A stretch of 64,000 nt of DNA from Polyangiales bacterium (GCA_044229975.1 JBGARZ010000004.1:448001-512000); one strand, 5' to 3'; positions 38,524-47,891 are shown, counted from the first letter of the stretch. The notes: generated by a model not told the origin, from the sequence alone. Numbers and translations: made by a program.

Positions 38524-40491
38524 CTATCCGCGTCGACGACGACGTCGCGCCACCATCGCACCCAGCACCACGAACGCCCCGCCGCCCGCGAGCCACGGCA
38601 CGCCGCCCGTCGATCCGACGTGGCAACCGCAACCACTGTCATCAGCCACCGGGACCAGCAGGTTGGGGTCGGCGCCCCCGTCCATCGGGCCGACGCCCGC
38701 GTCGCGCCGCACGGTGGCGTCCATCCCCACCCCAGCGTCGCGCACCACCACCACGGGCACGTCGCGGACGCCCGCGTCGGGCGGAGGGATGCGCTGGCAC
38801 AGGCCGTCGACGCAGTTGCTCCCCACCGGGCAGGCGATGCCGAAGCAGCGGTCGGCCACGCAGCGGGCCGTGTCCTCGTCGCAGAGCGTTCCGAGCGGGC
38901 ACGTCACGCCCATGCACGACGGAACACACTGCGGCGTCGGCCCGGTGCAGTCGCGCACCGTCCCCGGAACACACCGCGTGGCGGCGCACCCCGGCGACTC
39001 GCAGCGGCCGGACATCTCGTTGCACGCCGTGCCGGTTCCGCACGCGACGCAGGGGCAGTTGGGCTCGCATCGGCCCGCGGTGCAGTGCTGGCGCGCCGGG
39101 CACGGGACGCCCGCGCAGGGGTCGACGCAGGCGCCGTTGCGGCACACCTGACCGGTCGGACAGGTGGCTCCGGCGCACGGGTCCTGGCAGCCGCGCGGGC
39201 CGCACACCTGCTCGGCGGGGCAGGTCACGTTGGCGCACGGCGTCGGGACGCAGTACTCGCCCGCGCCGCCGTCCTGGCGCACGCAGGTGAAGCCGGTGTC
39301 GCACGCGCCCTCCACGCAGCGCGGGACGCAGAGCCCGTTGACGCACGCGGTGGTGAGCGGGCAGCGCGGGGTCGTCCCGTCGCAGTTGAGGTCGCGCGTG
39401 GCCGAGCAGCCTTCGACGATGCCGGGGTTGATCTCGAGGTTGTTGTCGTCGCAGTCGGGGCCGCCGCACGAGGCCGCGCGGAAGCCGTCGCGGTCGGCGT
39501 CGGCGCACACCGCGGTGTTGTCCTCGTTGAGCCCCGCGACGGCGTCGAACTCGTCCTCGTTGCTGTGGAAGGTGCAGCGCGAATCGGGGTTGCCGTAGTT
39601 GCCCGGCACGATGGCCACGTAACGGAACTGCACACCGCACGGCAGCGACCACACCGTGGTGATGGAGTCGGAGATGGCCTCTTCACCGGGCTCGTCGCGG
39701 TGGGCGGTGAGCGGGTGCGCCGCCATGTCGGCGACGGTGCCGGTGGACTCGGGGTTGTTGGTCCAGCCGCGGAGGAAGGCGCGGACGAGGACGGCGCGGT
39801 TCCAGCGGCGGGGGTCGGGGGTCTCGCCGTCGTTGACGAAGCCCGTCGAGGCCGGGTCGTCGGTGAGATAGACCGAGTACTCGAAGGCTTCGAGGCAGCT
39901 GTTCTCGACGTGGTCGGTGATGGGGAAGACCACCACCCGGTTGGCGGGCCCCTGGAGGTCGAAGACGAAGCCGCTGCGCCACGGCGCGGTGTACCCGCAG
40001 AGGGACTGGTCGCCGCCGCAGTCGTCGACGTCCGTGGCGGTGGCGCCGTCGCTGCGGACGCGGACGTTCTGCATCCAGCGCCAGTCGAGGTTGTTGCCGT
40101 AGAGCGGCGCCTCCGACGGCGGAACATCCGGCACGCACTGGTAGTCGGTGTAGCTGCGCGGATCGGTGTCGCGGAAGCGCACCGGGTCGACCACCGATGA
40201 GCTCACGCCGCCGGTGCAGGCGGAGACGTTGATGGCGCTGCGCTCGACGATGAGGCGGCCGAAGGTGAGCTGCGGGGCGAAGCGCGGGGGCGTGTCGCTG
40301 GTCTGGAAGATGTCGTCGACGATGCGCGTCGGGTCGCGGGGGCGCGACCCGTCGGCGGGGCGGCCGCCGATGGCGTCGAGGCAGGCGTCGAAGTAGGGGA
40401 CGCCGGTGCAGACCTGCGCCGCGGCGGGCGAGGCAGCGAGTGCTCCCGAGAGGAGCAGGGCGGCCAACGTCGGGCGCGGGGCGGTTCGCAT
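38524..40491 (-). CDS. Secreted Cys-rich protein with a putative metal-binding (MopE-like) motif and MYXO-CTERM sorting signal
   Basis: Signal peptide ...ASPAAA; DADRDGF...DCDD...NPG..EGC...DLNCDG; DPCAGxxCP repeats; C-terminal SGCGC + TM + RRRRRR. Confidence 0.82.
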   Translation of the reverse strand: MRTAPRPTLAALLLSGALAASPAAAQVCTGVPYFDACLDAIGGRPADGSRPRDPTRIVDDIFQTSDTPPRFAPQLTFGRLIVERSAINVSACTGGVSSSVVDPVRFRDTDPRSYTDYQCVPDVPPSEAPLYGNNLDWRWMQNVRVRSDGATATDVDDCGGDQSLCGYTAPWRSGFVFDLQGPANRVVVFPITDHVENSCLEAFEYSVYLTDDPASTGFVNDGETPDPRRWNRAVLVRAFLRGWTNNPESTGTVADMAAHPLTAHRDEPGEEAISDSITTVWSLPCGVQFRYVAIVPGNYGNPDSRCTFHSNEDEFDAVAGLNEDNTAVCADADRDGFRAASCGGPDCDDNNLEINPGIVEGCSATRDLNCDGTTPRCPLTTACVNGLCVPRCVEGACDTGFTCVRQDGGAGEYCVPTPCANVTCPAEQVCGPRGCQDPCAGATCPTGQVCRNGACVDPCAGVPCPARQHCTAGRCEPNCPCVACGTGTACNEMSGRCESPGCAATRCVPGTVRDCTGPTPQCVPSCMGVTCPLGTLCDEDTARCVADRCFGIACPVGSNCVDGLCQRIPPPDAGVRDVPVVVVRDAGVGMDATVRRDAGVGPMDGGADPNLLVPVADDSGCGCHVGSTGGVPWLAGGGAFVVLGAMVARRRRRRG

Positions 40492-40589
40492 GGGGCGATT
40501 GAACCCCGGCGCAGTGGTCGGCGACAAGCGCCGCTCGTCGTCCGCACCCGCTTGACGACCTCATCGTCTCCCTTGTCTTCTCCGCGCCC

Positions 40590-41093
40590 ATGTCGTGTAC
40601 CCGCCGAGCTGTTCCCCTCACTGTCCTGCTGTTTGCCGTCGCCGCCAACGCGCAGGACCTCTCCCAGCCCGTTCGCATGACGACCGAGTTTCGCGGCACA
40701 GGGATGTGCCTCGACGTCAACAACGGCGGACCGCGCAACAACCAGGTCGAGCTGCGCGCCTGCGACAACGTCACCGGCCAGCAGTGGTCGGCCCGCCCCG
40801 TCGGCAACGGCTTCTTCACGCTCACCACCGCCTTCCGCGGCGCGGCGATGTGCCTCGACGTCAACAACGGCGGACCGCTCAACAACCAGGCCGAGCTGCG
40901 ACCCTGCGGCGCCTTCACCGGTCAGCGCTGGCGCATCGTCCGGCTGGCCTCCGGGTACCACGTGCTCACCACCGAGTTTCGCGGCGCCGGCATGTGCCTC
41001 GACGTGAACAACGGCGGCCCGCGCAACAACTTCGTCGGCCTCCAGCGCTGCGGCAACCTCAGCGGCCAGCACTGGTCGCTCAACCCCTCCTGA
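40590..41093 (+). CDS. Secreted ricin-B-type beta-trefoil lectin
   Basis: Signal peptide; three 48-aa repeats MCLDVNNGGPxNN...C...GQxW at an exact 144-nt period (40704, 40848, 40992). Confidence 0.85.
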   Translation: MSCTRRAVPLTVLLFAVAANAQDLSQPVRMTTEFRGTGMCLDVNNGGPRNNQVELRACDNVTGQQWSARPVGNGFFTLTTAFRGAAMCLDVNNGGPLNNQAELRPCGAFTGQRWRIVRLASGYHVLTTEFRGAGMCLDVNNGGPRNNFVGLQRCGNLSGQHWSLNPS

Positions 41094-41096
41094 ACG

Positions 41097-41900
41097 GTGC
41101 GCGCCGCGCTCCCGTGGGCGCTCGCGCTCGGCTGCGTCTCCGTCCCTCGCTCGGCACCACATCGCGCGCCCGTCGACCCGTGTGACGCGCCCATCGTCGC
41201 GCCGTCGCCCGCGCTCGGTCTCGCGGTGTTTTATCGCAAGCACCTCGATGCGCGCGGGGTTCCGGTGGTGTCGTCCGGCGTCGCGTCCGATGCGTCGCTG
41301 CGCGCGGCGTGTCGCATCGTCGTACGGATGGTCGGCGCGCGTGACGACGTCCGCGCCCGCATGATCGCCGCGGGCGCGAGGGTGACGGTGATGGCGCGGA
41401 CGGAGGTCACCACGGATGTTCCCGAGCACGCCTTCCTCGCGAGCGACACCGAGACCAATTGGAACACCCGCGCCCGCGGACTCGGCGGCACCGTGTCGGT
41501 CCCCACGACGTCGTGCGCGGAGGAGAACCTGCTGTGCCTCCCGGGCGACCGCTATCACGGCGAGAACATCCTGGTGCATGAGCTCGCGCACGGCGTGTTC
41601 AACCTGGGGCTCGACGCGGGCTTTCGCGCGCGAGTGGAGGCGGCCTTCAACGCCGCACGCGCCGCTGGTCGGTGGGAGCGCACCTACGCCGCGACCAACG
41701 CCGACGAGTACTTCGCCGAAGGGACGCAGAGCTACTTCGACACCAACCGCGAGTCCGTCCCGACCAACGGAATCCACAACGAGGTGGACACCCGCGCCGA
41801 GCTGCTCGCGTACGACCCGGCGCTGCACGCGCTCGTGGCGGAGGTGTTTCCGGGGGTCGACTGGTCGCCGCGCTGCCCTTCGGAGCAACCATCGCAGTGA
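41097..41900 (+). CDS. Zinc metallopeptidase-like lipoprotein (HExxH; ATLF/zincin-like)
   Basis: LALGC lipobox; RGLGG, ILVHELAH, YAATNADEYFAEG and LLAYDP. Confidence 0.75.
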   Translation: MRAALPWALALGCVSVPRSAPHRAPVDPCDAPIVAPSPALGLAVFYRKHLDARGVPVVSSGVASDASLRAACRIVVRMVGARDDVRARMIAAGARVTVMARTEVTTDVPEHAFLASDTETNWNTRARGLGGTVSVPTTSCAEENLLCLPGDRYHGENILVHELAHGVFNLGLDAGFRARVEAAFNAARAAGRWERTYAATNADEYFAEGTQSYFDTNRESVPTNGIHNEVDTRAELLAYDPALHALVAEVFPGVDWSPRCPSEQPSQ

Positions 41901-41943
41901 CGACACCGCCAGAGAGCGCGTCGCGGTAGGGTGCGCGCCGCCC

Positions 41944-42651
41944 ATGGACAACGACCGCGTCGACCTCGTGTTGCAGTACGTCCTCGCCGCCGCGGGGGAG
42001 CGCGACGGGGGAGAGCGCGAGGTCACCGCCACGCAGCTCGTGAAGTACGCCTACCTCGCCGACGTCGCCCACGCCGAACGCAACGACGGCGCGACCTTCA
42101 CCGGCGCCGCGTGGGCGTTCGTCGGTCAGGGCCCGCAGGCGCCCGAACTCGAAGCCCGCATCGCCCCGCTCGCGCGTCGCATCGGCGCCTCCACCCGCGG
42201 CTCGTACTACTTCCTCGACCGCGACGAGCTCGGTCATCGCCGCGCTGCGACGCAAGCCCTGCCCGCCGTCATCATCAACACATTGCTGCGCGCGCTGCGG
42301 AGCTTCTCCCACGACACCAACGCCCTCCTCGCGCAGGTCTACGCCACCGCGCCGATGCGCCGCGCAGTGCCCGGTGCGGCCATCGACTTCACGCCCGCTG
42401 CGGTCGTTGCCACCGCGCCACAAGCGCCGCTCGCTGCGCTCTCTCCGAAGACACGCGCTGCCCTCAAGGCGCGCCGTCGACCCACCGCCGCGGCTGTGGT
42501 CAGCCCCGCGTACGACCCGCGCTACGACGATGCGTGCTTCGTGGCGGGACAGCGGATGCTCGACGCGCCGGAGCGCGCGCTCATCGAGATGAAGGGGTCG
42601 CTCACCATCGATCCGGCGGTGTGGGAAGCGCCCGGGAGGGTCGGGCCGTGA
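41944..42651 (+). CDS. Panacea/DUF4065-like (SocA-like) antitoxin candidate
   Basis: QLVKYAYLAD...GATFTGAAW...GP and a later LLAQVYATAPM motif. Confidence 0.62.
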   Translation: MDNDRVDLVLQYVLAAAGERDGGEREVTATQLVKYAYLADVAHAERNDGATFTGAAWAFVGQGPQAPELEARIAPLARRIGASTRGSYYFLDRDELGHRRAATQALPAVIINTLLRALRSFSHDTNALLAQVYATAPMRRAVPGAAIDFTPAAVVATAPQAPLAALSPKTRAALKARRRPTAAAVVSPAYDPRYDDACFVAGQRMLDAPERALIEMKGSLTIDPAVWEAPGRVGP

Positions 42652-43325
42652 GCTACCCCGACGACTCCATCCAGTCGCTCGTCTCGCCGTGGTGGACCAC
42701 GACGCAGTCCACCACGCTGGCGCGAGGGAGGCTGGTGCATGCGTTCGTGCAGCGCGCGGACGCCCACTCGTTTGCGCTCACCGTGGAGGGGAAGAAGGAG
42801 CCGGCCGACCCGTCGAGCGCCCGCATGCGCCTCTCGCCGCTGCGCGCGGATGCGCCGCCGAAGCCGCCCGCGCCGCCGTCACCCGCGCTCCCGCTGGAGG
42901 CCAACGAGGCGTGGTGCGTTCGTCGCGCGCACTGGCGGCCGTGCCTCGTGGTGAGCGTGACGGGGCCGGCGGTTCATCGGCCGCTGCGGACGGCGGAGCG
43001 CGAGACGCCGGTGGGGCCGGCGCTGCTGCTGGCGCCGTATGACGATGTGGCTGGGCTCGATGCGGGCTTCGTCGCGCGAGCCCGCCGGGCGGAGTACCCG
43101 CACTGCATGTGGGACCGGCTGCCCTCCGCGGGCGAGAAGGAGGTGGTGCTGCGGCTCGACCAGATGCAGCCCATCGGGCGCGACCCGTTGGGCTTCGAGT
43201 GGACCGACCACGCGCTCTCCCCCGCCGCCCTCACCGTGCTCGACGCCTGGCTCGCCTGGAACCTCACGGGCGCGCTCGCGCCGGGTGATCTGCGCGACTT
43301 CCGCGACCTCGCCCGCGAGGGGTGA
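42648..43325 (+). CDS. Hypothetical protein, PemK/MazF-like toxin candidate
   Basis: GTGA overlap with the antitoxin candidate; RGRLV, RPCLVVS, LLLAPY and LRLDQMQPI resemble PemK-fold strands. Confidence 0.5.
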   Translation: MSYPDDSIQSLVSPWWTTTQSTTLARGRLVHAFVQRADAHSFALTVEGKKEPADPSSARMRLSPLRADAPPKPPAPPSPALPLEANEAWCVRRAHWRPCLVVSVTGPAVHRPLRTAERETPVGPALLLAPYDDVAGLDAGFVARARRAEYPHCMWDRLPSAGEKEVVLRLDQMQPIGRDPLGFEWTDHALSPAALTVLDAWLAWNLTGALAPGDLRDFRDLAREG

Positions 43326-43351
43326 GCGCGAAGTCAGGCGCGTCCTATGTT

Positions 43352-43541
43352 GCAGCGTCAGCGCGACGCGCAACGGTCGGGTCCGCAGTCCCCGGGGCCC
43401 ACGCCGCGGCGTCAGCGCGGCGCGCAACGGTCAGGTCCGCAGTCCCCGGGGCCCACGCCGCGGCGTCAGCGCGGCGCGCAATGGTCGGGTCCGCAGTCCC
43501 CGGGGCCCACGCCGCGGCGTCAGCGCGGCGCGCAATGGTCA
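43352..43541 (+). repeat. 3.5 tandem copies of the 54-bp palindromic REP-like unit
   Basis: GCGGCGTCAGCGCGGCGCGCAACGGTCGGGTCCGCAGTCCCCGGGGCCCACGCC starting at 43352, 43406, 43460 and 43514. Confidence 0.92.
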
Positions 43542-43966
43542 CGTTTGCAGGCTGGAGTTCGGAGTACGCGATGGCGTCGGGGGAGAGCGCCCACTGCGCG
43601 GTTGGGTGTGGCCCGCGGGCGGGCCTGCAACCGCTGAAGTGGGAGCCTGGAGCTGGGCGTCCCGCCGTCGCGGGACTTCCTGCATGCGCGCCGGTCGCTC
43701 GCGCGACCGTCGGGAGGTGTTCGACCGTCGCGATTGAACTCGTGGTGACGGTGAGCGCCTTGTCCCGCCCCTCCGAGCAGGCACCTACGCTCCACCCGTC
43801 GAGCGCAGCGCGCTCGGCGCTCCGACAGGAAGTCCCGCGACGGCGGGACGCCCAACTCCAGGCTCCCACTTCAGCGGTTGCAGGCCCGCCCGCGGGCCAC
43901 ACCCAACCGCGCAGTGGGCGCTCTCCCCCGACGCCATCACGTACTCCGAATCCCAGTTTGCAAGCG
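43542..43966. mobile_element. MITE-like/non-coding element with 141-bp inverted arms around a 143-bp core
   Basis: 43542-43682 is the reverse complement of 43826-43966, with about 7 mismatches (all transitions by my reading). No transposase or clear target duplication, so mobility is inferred only. Confidence 0.45.
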
Positions 43967-44006
43967 ACGGCCGATGGGCGTTGATGTCCCCGCCGTCCGG
44001 ACGGTA

Positions 44007-44190
44007 ACTGCGGGCCTGACCGTTGCGCGCCGCGCTGACGCTGCGGCGTGGGCCCCGGGGACTGCGGGCCTGACCGTTGCGCGCCGCGCTGACGCCGCGG
44101 CGTGGGTCCGGGGACTGCGGACCCGACCGTTGCGCGCCGCGCTGACGCTGCGGCGTAGGCCCCGGGGACTCCGATTCTGACCGTTGCGCG
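44007..44190 (-). repeat. About 3.4 tandem copies of the 54-bp unit in inverted orientation
   Basis: ACTGCGGGCCTGACCGTTGCGCGCCGCGCTGACGCTGCGGCGTGGGCCCCGGGG at 44007, 44061, 44114 and partial at 44168. Confidence 0.92.
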
Positions 44191-44217
44191 ATGTCGCAGA
44201 CCCGATCGGTCACCGCG

Positions 44218-44907
44218 CTAAGACACCATCAGCCCCGGTCGGAGCGCCTTGATGCGCTTGCGCTCCGCGGCCGAGACCTGCGTCTTGGCGACGATGAGCA
44301 ACTGCAACCCCGGCGCGAGCACCAGCGCGTCAGGGATGCTCGTGATCGGGTTGTCGGCCAGCGACACCGTGATGAGCCCCGGCATCTCGCCGAGCACCTC
44401 AGGAACCGTCGTCAGCCCGCACATCGTCAGGAAGACCTGCCGCAGCGAGGTGAGCTGACGGAGCCCGTCGAGGTGCTCCACCATCCCGGGGTTGCTGTTG
44501 ATGGCGAGCACCGACAGCCGCGGGCACCGCGCCAGCAGCGCGAAGGCTCGCGGCCAATCGAGCGCCGTCGTCCCGCTGAGGTGGAGGGACGTCATCGGAC
44601 TCTGCGCGAGCCCCTCGGGGAGCGTTCGCAAGGGTGTGTTGTCGAGCAGGAGGCGGTCGAGCGCGGGCAGTGTGCCGAGGGCGTCGGGCAGCGTCTCCAG
44701 GGGATTGTCGCCGACGTAGAGGGAGGTCAGCGCCGTGAGCTCGCCGATCCAGTCGGGGAGCGTGCGGAGCTGGTTTTTCTGGAGCCCGAGGTGCGTGAGA
44801 TCGGTGCGCGCGCGAATCGCCTCGGGGACGGCCGCGAGCTTGCGCGACGTCAGGATGAGCTGCACGCCGGGGCCATCGATCAGCGCCTTGATGGTCGGTC
44901 GTCCCAC
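44218..44907 (-). CDS. Leucine-rich repeat protein
   Basis: LTHLGLQKNQLRTLPDWIGELTALTSLYVGDNPLETLP repeats; start uncertain (GTG 44907). Confidence 0.8.
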   Translation of the reverse strand: MGRPTIKALIDGPGVQLILTSRKLAAVPEAIRARTDLTHLGLQKNQLRTLPDWIGELTALTSLYVGDNPLETLPDALGTLPALDRLLLDNTPLRTLPEGLAQSPMTSLHLSGTTALDWPRAFALLARCPRLSVLAINSNPGMVEHLDGLRQLTSLRQVFLTMCGLTTVPEVLGEMPGLITVSLADNPITSIPDALVLAPGLQLLIVAKTQVSAAERKRIKALRPGLMVS

Positions 44908-45025
44908 GCGATCATGGGGCCACGATTGCGCGCGCCGTGACAACACCGCGCGACACTCGACGACCACACCCGCGCGCCCGCACACTCCCGCTCGGATCGA
45001 TGGTCGAGCAGTGGGTTCCACGCGA

Positions 45026-45607
45026 ATGAAGAAGAAGCGATCGCCACCACCGCAGCCTTCGCCCGCTCCCGCGGCCGCGGCTCCGAAGGCGACGCCGGGC
45101 GACTGGGCGCGCCTCGCCGTCGCGATGGGCATCCTCGTGTACGGGCCGCAGTTCGCGATGATGGCGATCGTCGACGGCCTCACGCCGCACGCCTTCACCG
45201 GGTGGTTTCTGCACCTGGTGTTCACCGTGCCGATGACCGCGGTCGTGGCGCTGGTGCTGTGGCCGCCGGCGTGGCTCGTCGTGCGGCGCTCGATGACGGC
45301 GCCGATGGCGCAGATCTTCGCGGTGATGTTCACGCCCTTCGTGGCGTGGCAGGTGGTCGGCTACCTGGATGTCGCCTTCGACCGCGACCCGGGTCGGCGC
45401 GTGGAGGTCCGCTACCTCCGCTACGTGCGGCCTCACAAGGGGTCGAACTACGACGTCATCGCCCACTGGGACAGCCCCGGCGACACCGTCGACCTGAAGG
45501 GATTCGGGGCTCTGGAGGGCGAGCGACGACCCGGCGCGACGGTGTCGCTGACGGTGCACCGCGGCTGGCTGGGCATGGAGTGGGTCGGGCCCAGCGCGCG
45601 GCGCTGA
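45026..45607 (+). CDS. Hypothetical membrane protein
   Basis: ATG 45026 (MKKKR...); three TM segments; C-terminal HRGWLG. Confidence 0.65.
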   Translation: MKKKRSPPPQPSPAPAAAAPKATPGDWARLAVAMGILVYGPQFAMMAIVDGLTPHAFTGWFLHLVFTVPMTAVVALVLWPPAWLVVRRSMTAPMAQIFAVMFTPFVAWQVVGYLDVAFDRDPGRRVEVRYLRYVRPHKGSNYDVIAHWDSPGDTVDLKGFGALEGERRPGATVSLTVHRGWLGMEWVGPSARR

Positions 45608-45616
45608 GGGTACGCC

Positions 45617-46567
45617 TCACCCCACCACGAAGGTGTCCCCGTCGTTGGCGACGACGACGCCCCGCTCTTCCACCTGCCAGCGCTCCGGGCTGTCGGCGCG
45701 AAGCACCGGGTTGCTGTTGTTGATGTGCACCAGCGCCTTCCGCGGGCCCACCACCGTCTCCAGAAACGCCAGCAACCCACCTTCACCCGTGAGCGGCGCG
45801 TGGCCCATCATCCGCGCGGTCTTCTTCGACGCGCCCGTCGCCACCAGTTCGTCGTCGGTGAAGAACGTCCCGTCGATCAACACCAGCCCCGCGTGCGACA
45901 GCCGCTCGCGCAGCGCCCCGTCGAGCTCGCGCACGCCCGGCACGTACGCCACCGTCGGGACGCCTTCGCCCGTCGACAGCTCGAAGCCCACCGTGTCGCC
46001 CGCGTGCAGGTCGGCCGCCTCGTCGGCGCTCAGGTGCCCCAGCATGTACGGCGGCGGCTTACTCGCCACCGTAAACGCCCGCAGCCGGACGCCGATGTCG
46101 TCGCCCGCGCGGTCGCGGATCACCAGCGGCTCCTCGGCACCCGGCACGACGGGTCGCACCGTCACCGCGCCGTAGGCCGACAGCGCCGGCAACACGCCGA
46201 GCCCGACGGTGAGCGCCCGCTCCACGCGGGCGGTGCAGTACACCGGCGGCGCTCCGCCTTCGCGGAGGATGAGCAGCCCGGTGGCGTGGTCGATGTCGGC
46301 GTTGGTGAGGGCCACCGCGGCGACGGGGCTGTGGCGCAGCGCGCGGGGGTGCAGCGCGGGCGTCTGCGTGAGCTGCGTGCGGACGTCGGGCGAGGCGTTG
46401 CAGAGCAGCCAGCGCTCGCCGTCGGCGGACACCGCGATGGACGACTGGCTCCGCGCCGGGACCATCGGGTCTGCCCAGCGCGCGGCGGCGCAGTTGGGGC
46501 AGTTGCAGTTCCATTGGGGGAGACCGCCCCCGGCGGATGAACCGAGGACGATGACGGTCAGCGGCAT
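45617..46567 (-). CDS. pqqB: PQQ biosynthesis protein PqqB (MBL fold)
   Basis: LGSSAGGGLPQWNCNCPNC, RSQSSIAVSADG, NASPD, DIDH, DGTFF, MGH and HINNSNP. Confidence 0.93.
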   Translation of the reverse strand: MPLTVIVLGSSAGGGLPQWNCNCPNCAAARWADPMVPARSQSSIAVSADGERWLLCNASPDVRTQLTQTPALHPRALRHSPVAAVALTNADIDHATGLLILREGGAPPVYCTARVERALTVGLGVLPALSAYGAVTVRPVVPGAEEPLVIRDRAGDDIGVRLRAFTVASKPPPYMLGHLSADEAADLHAGDTVGFELSTGEGVPTVAYVPGVRELDGALRERLSHAGLVLIDGTFFTDDELVATGASKKTARMMGHAPLTGEGGLLAFLETVVGPRKALVHINNSNPVLRADSPERWQVEERGVVVANDGDTFVVG

Positions 46568-46617
46568 GGGAGGGGGTCGAGCTTACAGGGAGAGGTAAGT
46601 CGAGGGAGCGGAGGCGA

Positions 46618-46755
46618 CTACTTCGCCTGGAAGGCGTAGGCGCCGATCTCGGCGCAGGCGGAGAGCTCGACGAAGTCCGGGCGCTGCCACGGGCGGCGGG
46701 CGGCGCGGGCGTTGTCCTGGGTGCGCGGGGCGGTCTCGCGGGTCTTGGTGTTCAT
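46618..46755 (-). CDS. pqqA: PQQ precursor peptide PqqA (45 aa, N-terminally extended)
   Basis: MNTKTRETAPRTQDNARAARRPWQRPDFVELSACAEIGAYAFQAK has WxxPxF and the ExxxY core; GGAG RBS; directly upstream of pqqB. Confidence 0.85.
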   Translation of the reverse strand: MNTKTRETAPRTQDNARAARRPWQRPDFVELSACAEIGAYAFQAK

Positions 46756-46874
46756 CGTCGGTGGACTCCGTCGGGGAAGGACGTTGATGCGGTGTGCCGG
46801 AGGATTCGTACCGACCAGCGCGCGAGGGGTCAAGCCGCGGGACGACCTCCGCGGCGTGGAGTAAGACCGGGGAC

Positions 46875-47168
46875 ATGGAGACGCCTACGCCCGCCACGCC
46901 TCGTCGCGGATGGTTCTGGACCATCCTCAAGTGCCTCATCCTCATGGCCGTGCTGGGGGCGGCGGGCGCGCTGGCGCTGCACCTGCTGCTGGAGAAGGTG
47001 GTGCCGCCGTGGTTCGTCCCGAAGGCGGTGTTCGAGTGGCTGATGGAGAACGTGCGGCCCTACGCCCTCGCGCTGGGCGCGGCGATCGGCGGGTTCGTGG
47101 GCTTCCTCGGGAGCATCGGGGTGGTGATCTGGGACGCCCGCAAGGGGCGGCTCACCCGCGTGCGGTGA
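46875..47168 (+). CDS. Small two-TM membrane protein
   Basis: ATG 46875; two hydrophobic helices. Confidence 0.6.
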   Translation: METPTPATPRRGWFWTILKCLILMAVLGAAGALALHLLLEKVVPPWFVPKAVFEWLMENVRPYALALGAAIGGFVGFLGSIGVVIWDARKGRLTRVR

Positions 47169-47246
47169 CTTGCGCCGGGGTGCTCCTTCCCTGATAAGGG
47201 CGCCGCGCGGCCACCGGGCGGTTCGCGGCACGAAGGAGCGATTGCC

Positions 47247-47891
47247 ATGAAGTTCTTCATCGACACGGCCGACATGAAGGAGATCCGCGACGCGGCGGCG
47301 ATGGGCGTCATCGACGGCGTGACGACCAACCCCTCGCTCGTCGCCAAGAGCGGGCGGAAGTACCTCGACGTGGTGAAGGAGATCTGCGAGGTCGTCGACG
47401 GCCCCATCTCCGCCGAGGTGCTCTCCACCGACTACGCCGGGATGATGGCCGAGGCCCACGACTGGGTGAAGGTCCACAAGAACGTCGTGGTGAAGCTCCC
47501 GCTCACCCTCGACGGCCTGCGCGCGACCAAGACCTGCACGGGCGAGGGCATCAAGACCAACGTCACGCTGTGCTTCTCGGCCAACCAGGCGCTCATCGCG
47601 GCCAAGGCCGGCGCGACGTACATCTCGCCCTTCGTCGGCCGCCTCGACGACATCTCCGAGGACGGCATGTCCCTCATCGGCGACATCGTCACCATCTACC
47701 AGAACTACGATTTCCAGACGCAGGTGCTGGTCGCCTCGGTGCGCCACCCGATCCACGTCTCGCAGGCCGCCCTGCTCGGCGCCGACGTGTGCACCATCCC
47801 GTACAAGGTCATCGAGCAGCTCGCCAAGCACCCGCTCACCGACGCCGGCCTCGCGAAGTTCGTCGAGGACTCCAAGAAGATCCCGCGCTGA
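47247..47891 (+). CDS. tal: Transaldolase (short TalC/Fsa family)
   Basis: [31 protein letters not shown] and SPFVGR. Glu in SAEV and Phe in PFVGR indicate transaldolase rather than FSA; AAGGAG RBS. Confidence 0.92.
   Translation: MKFFIDTADMKEIRDAAAMGVIDGVTTNPSLVAKSGRKYLDVVKEICEVVDGPISAEVLSTDYAGMMAEAHDWVKVHKNVVVKLPLTLDGLRATKTCTGEGIKTNVTLCFSANQALIAAKAGATYISPFVGRLDDISEDGMSLIGDIVTIYQNYDFQTQVLVASVRHPIHVSQAALLGADVCTIPYKVIEQLAKHPLTDAGLAKFVEDSKKIPR

Noticed and set aside
43352..44190. 54-bp repeats as CRISPR; ORFs 43322..43984(+) and 43345..43902(-) as genes
   Set aside because: There are no spacers. The ORFs are mirror images produced by the palindrome and have repeat-derived sequence.
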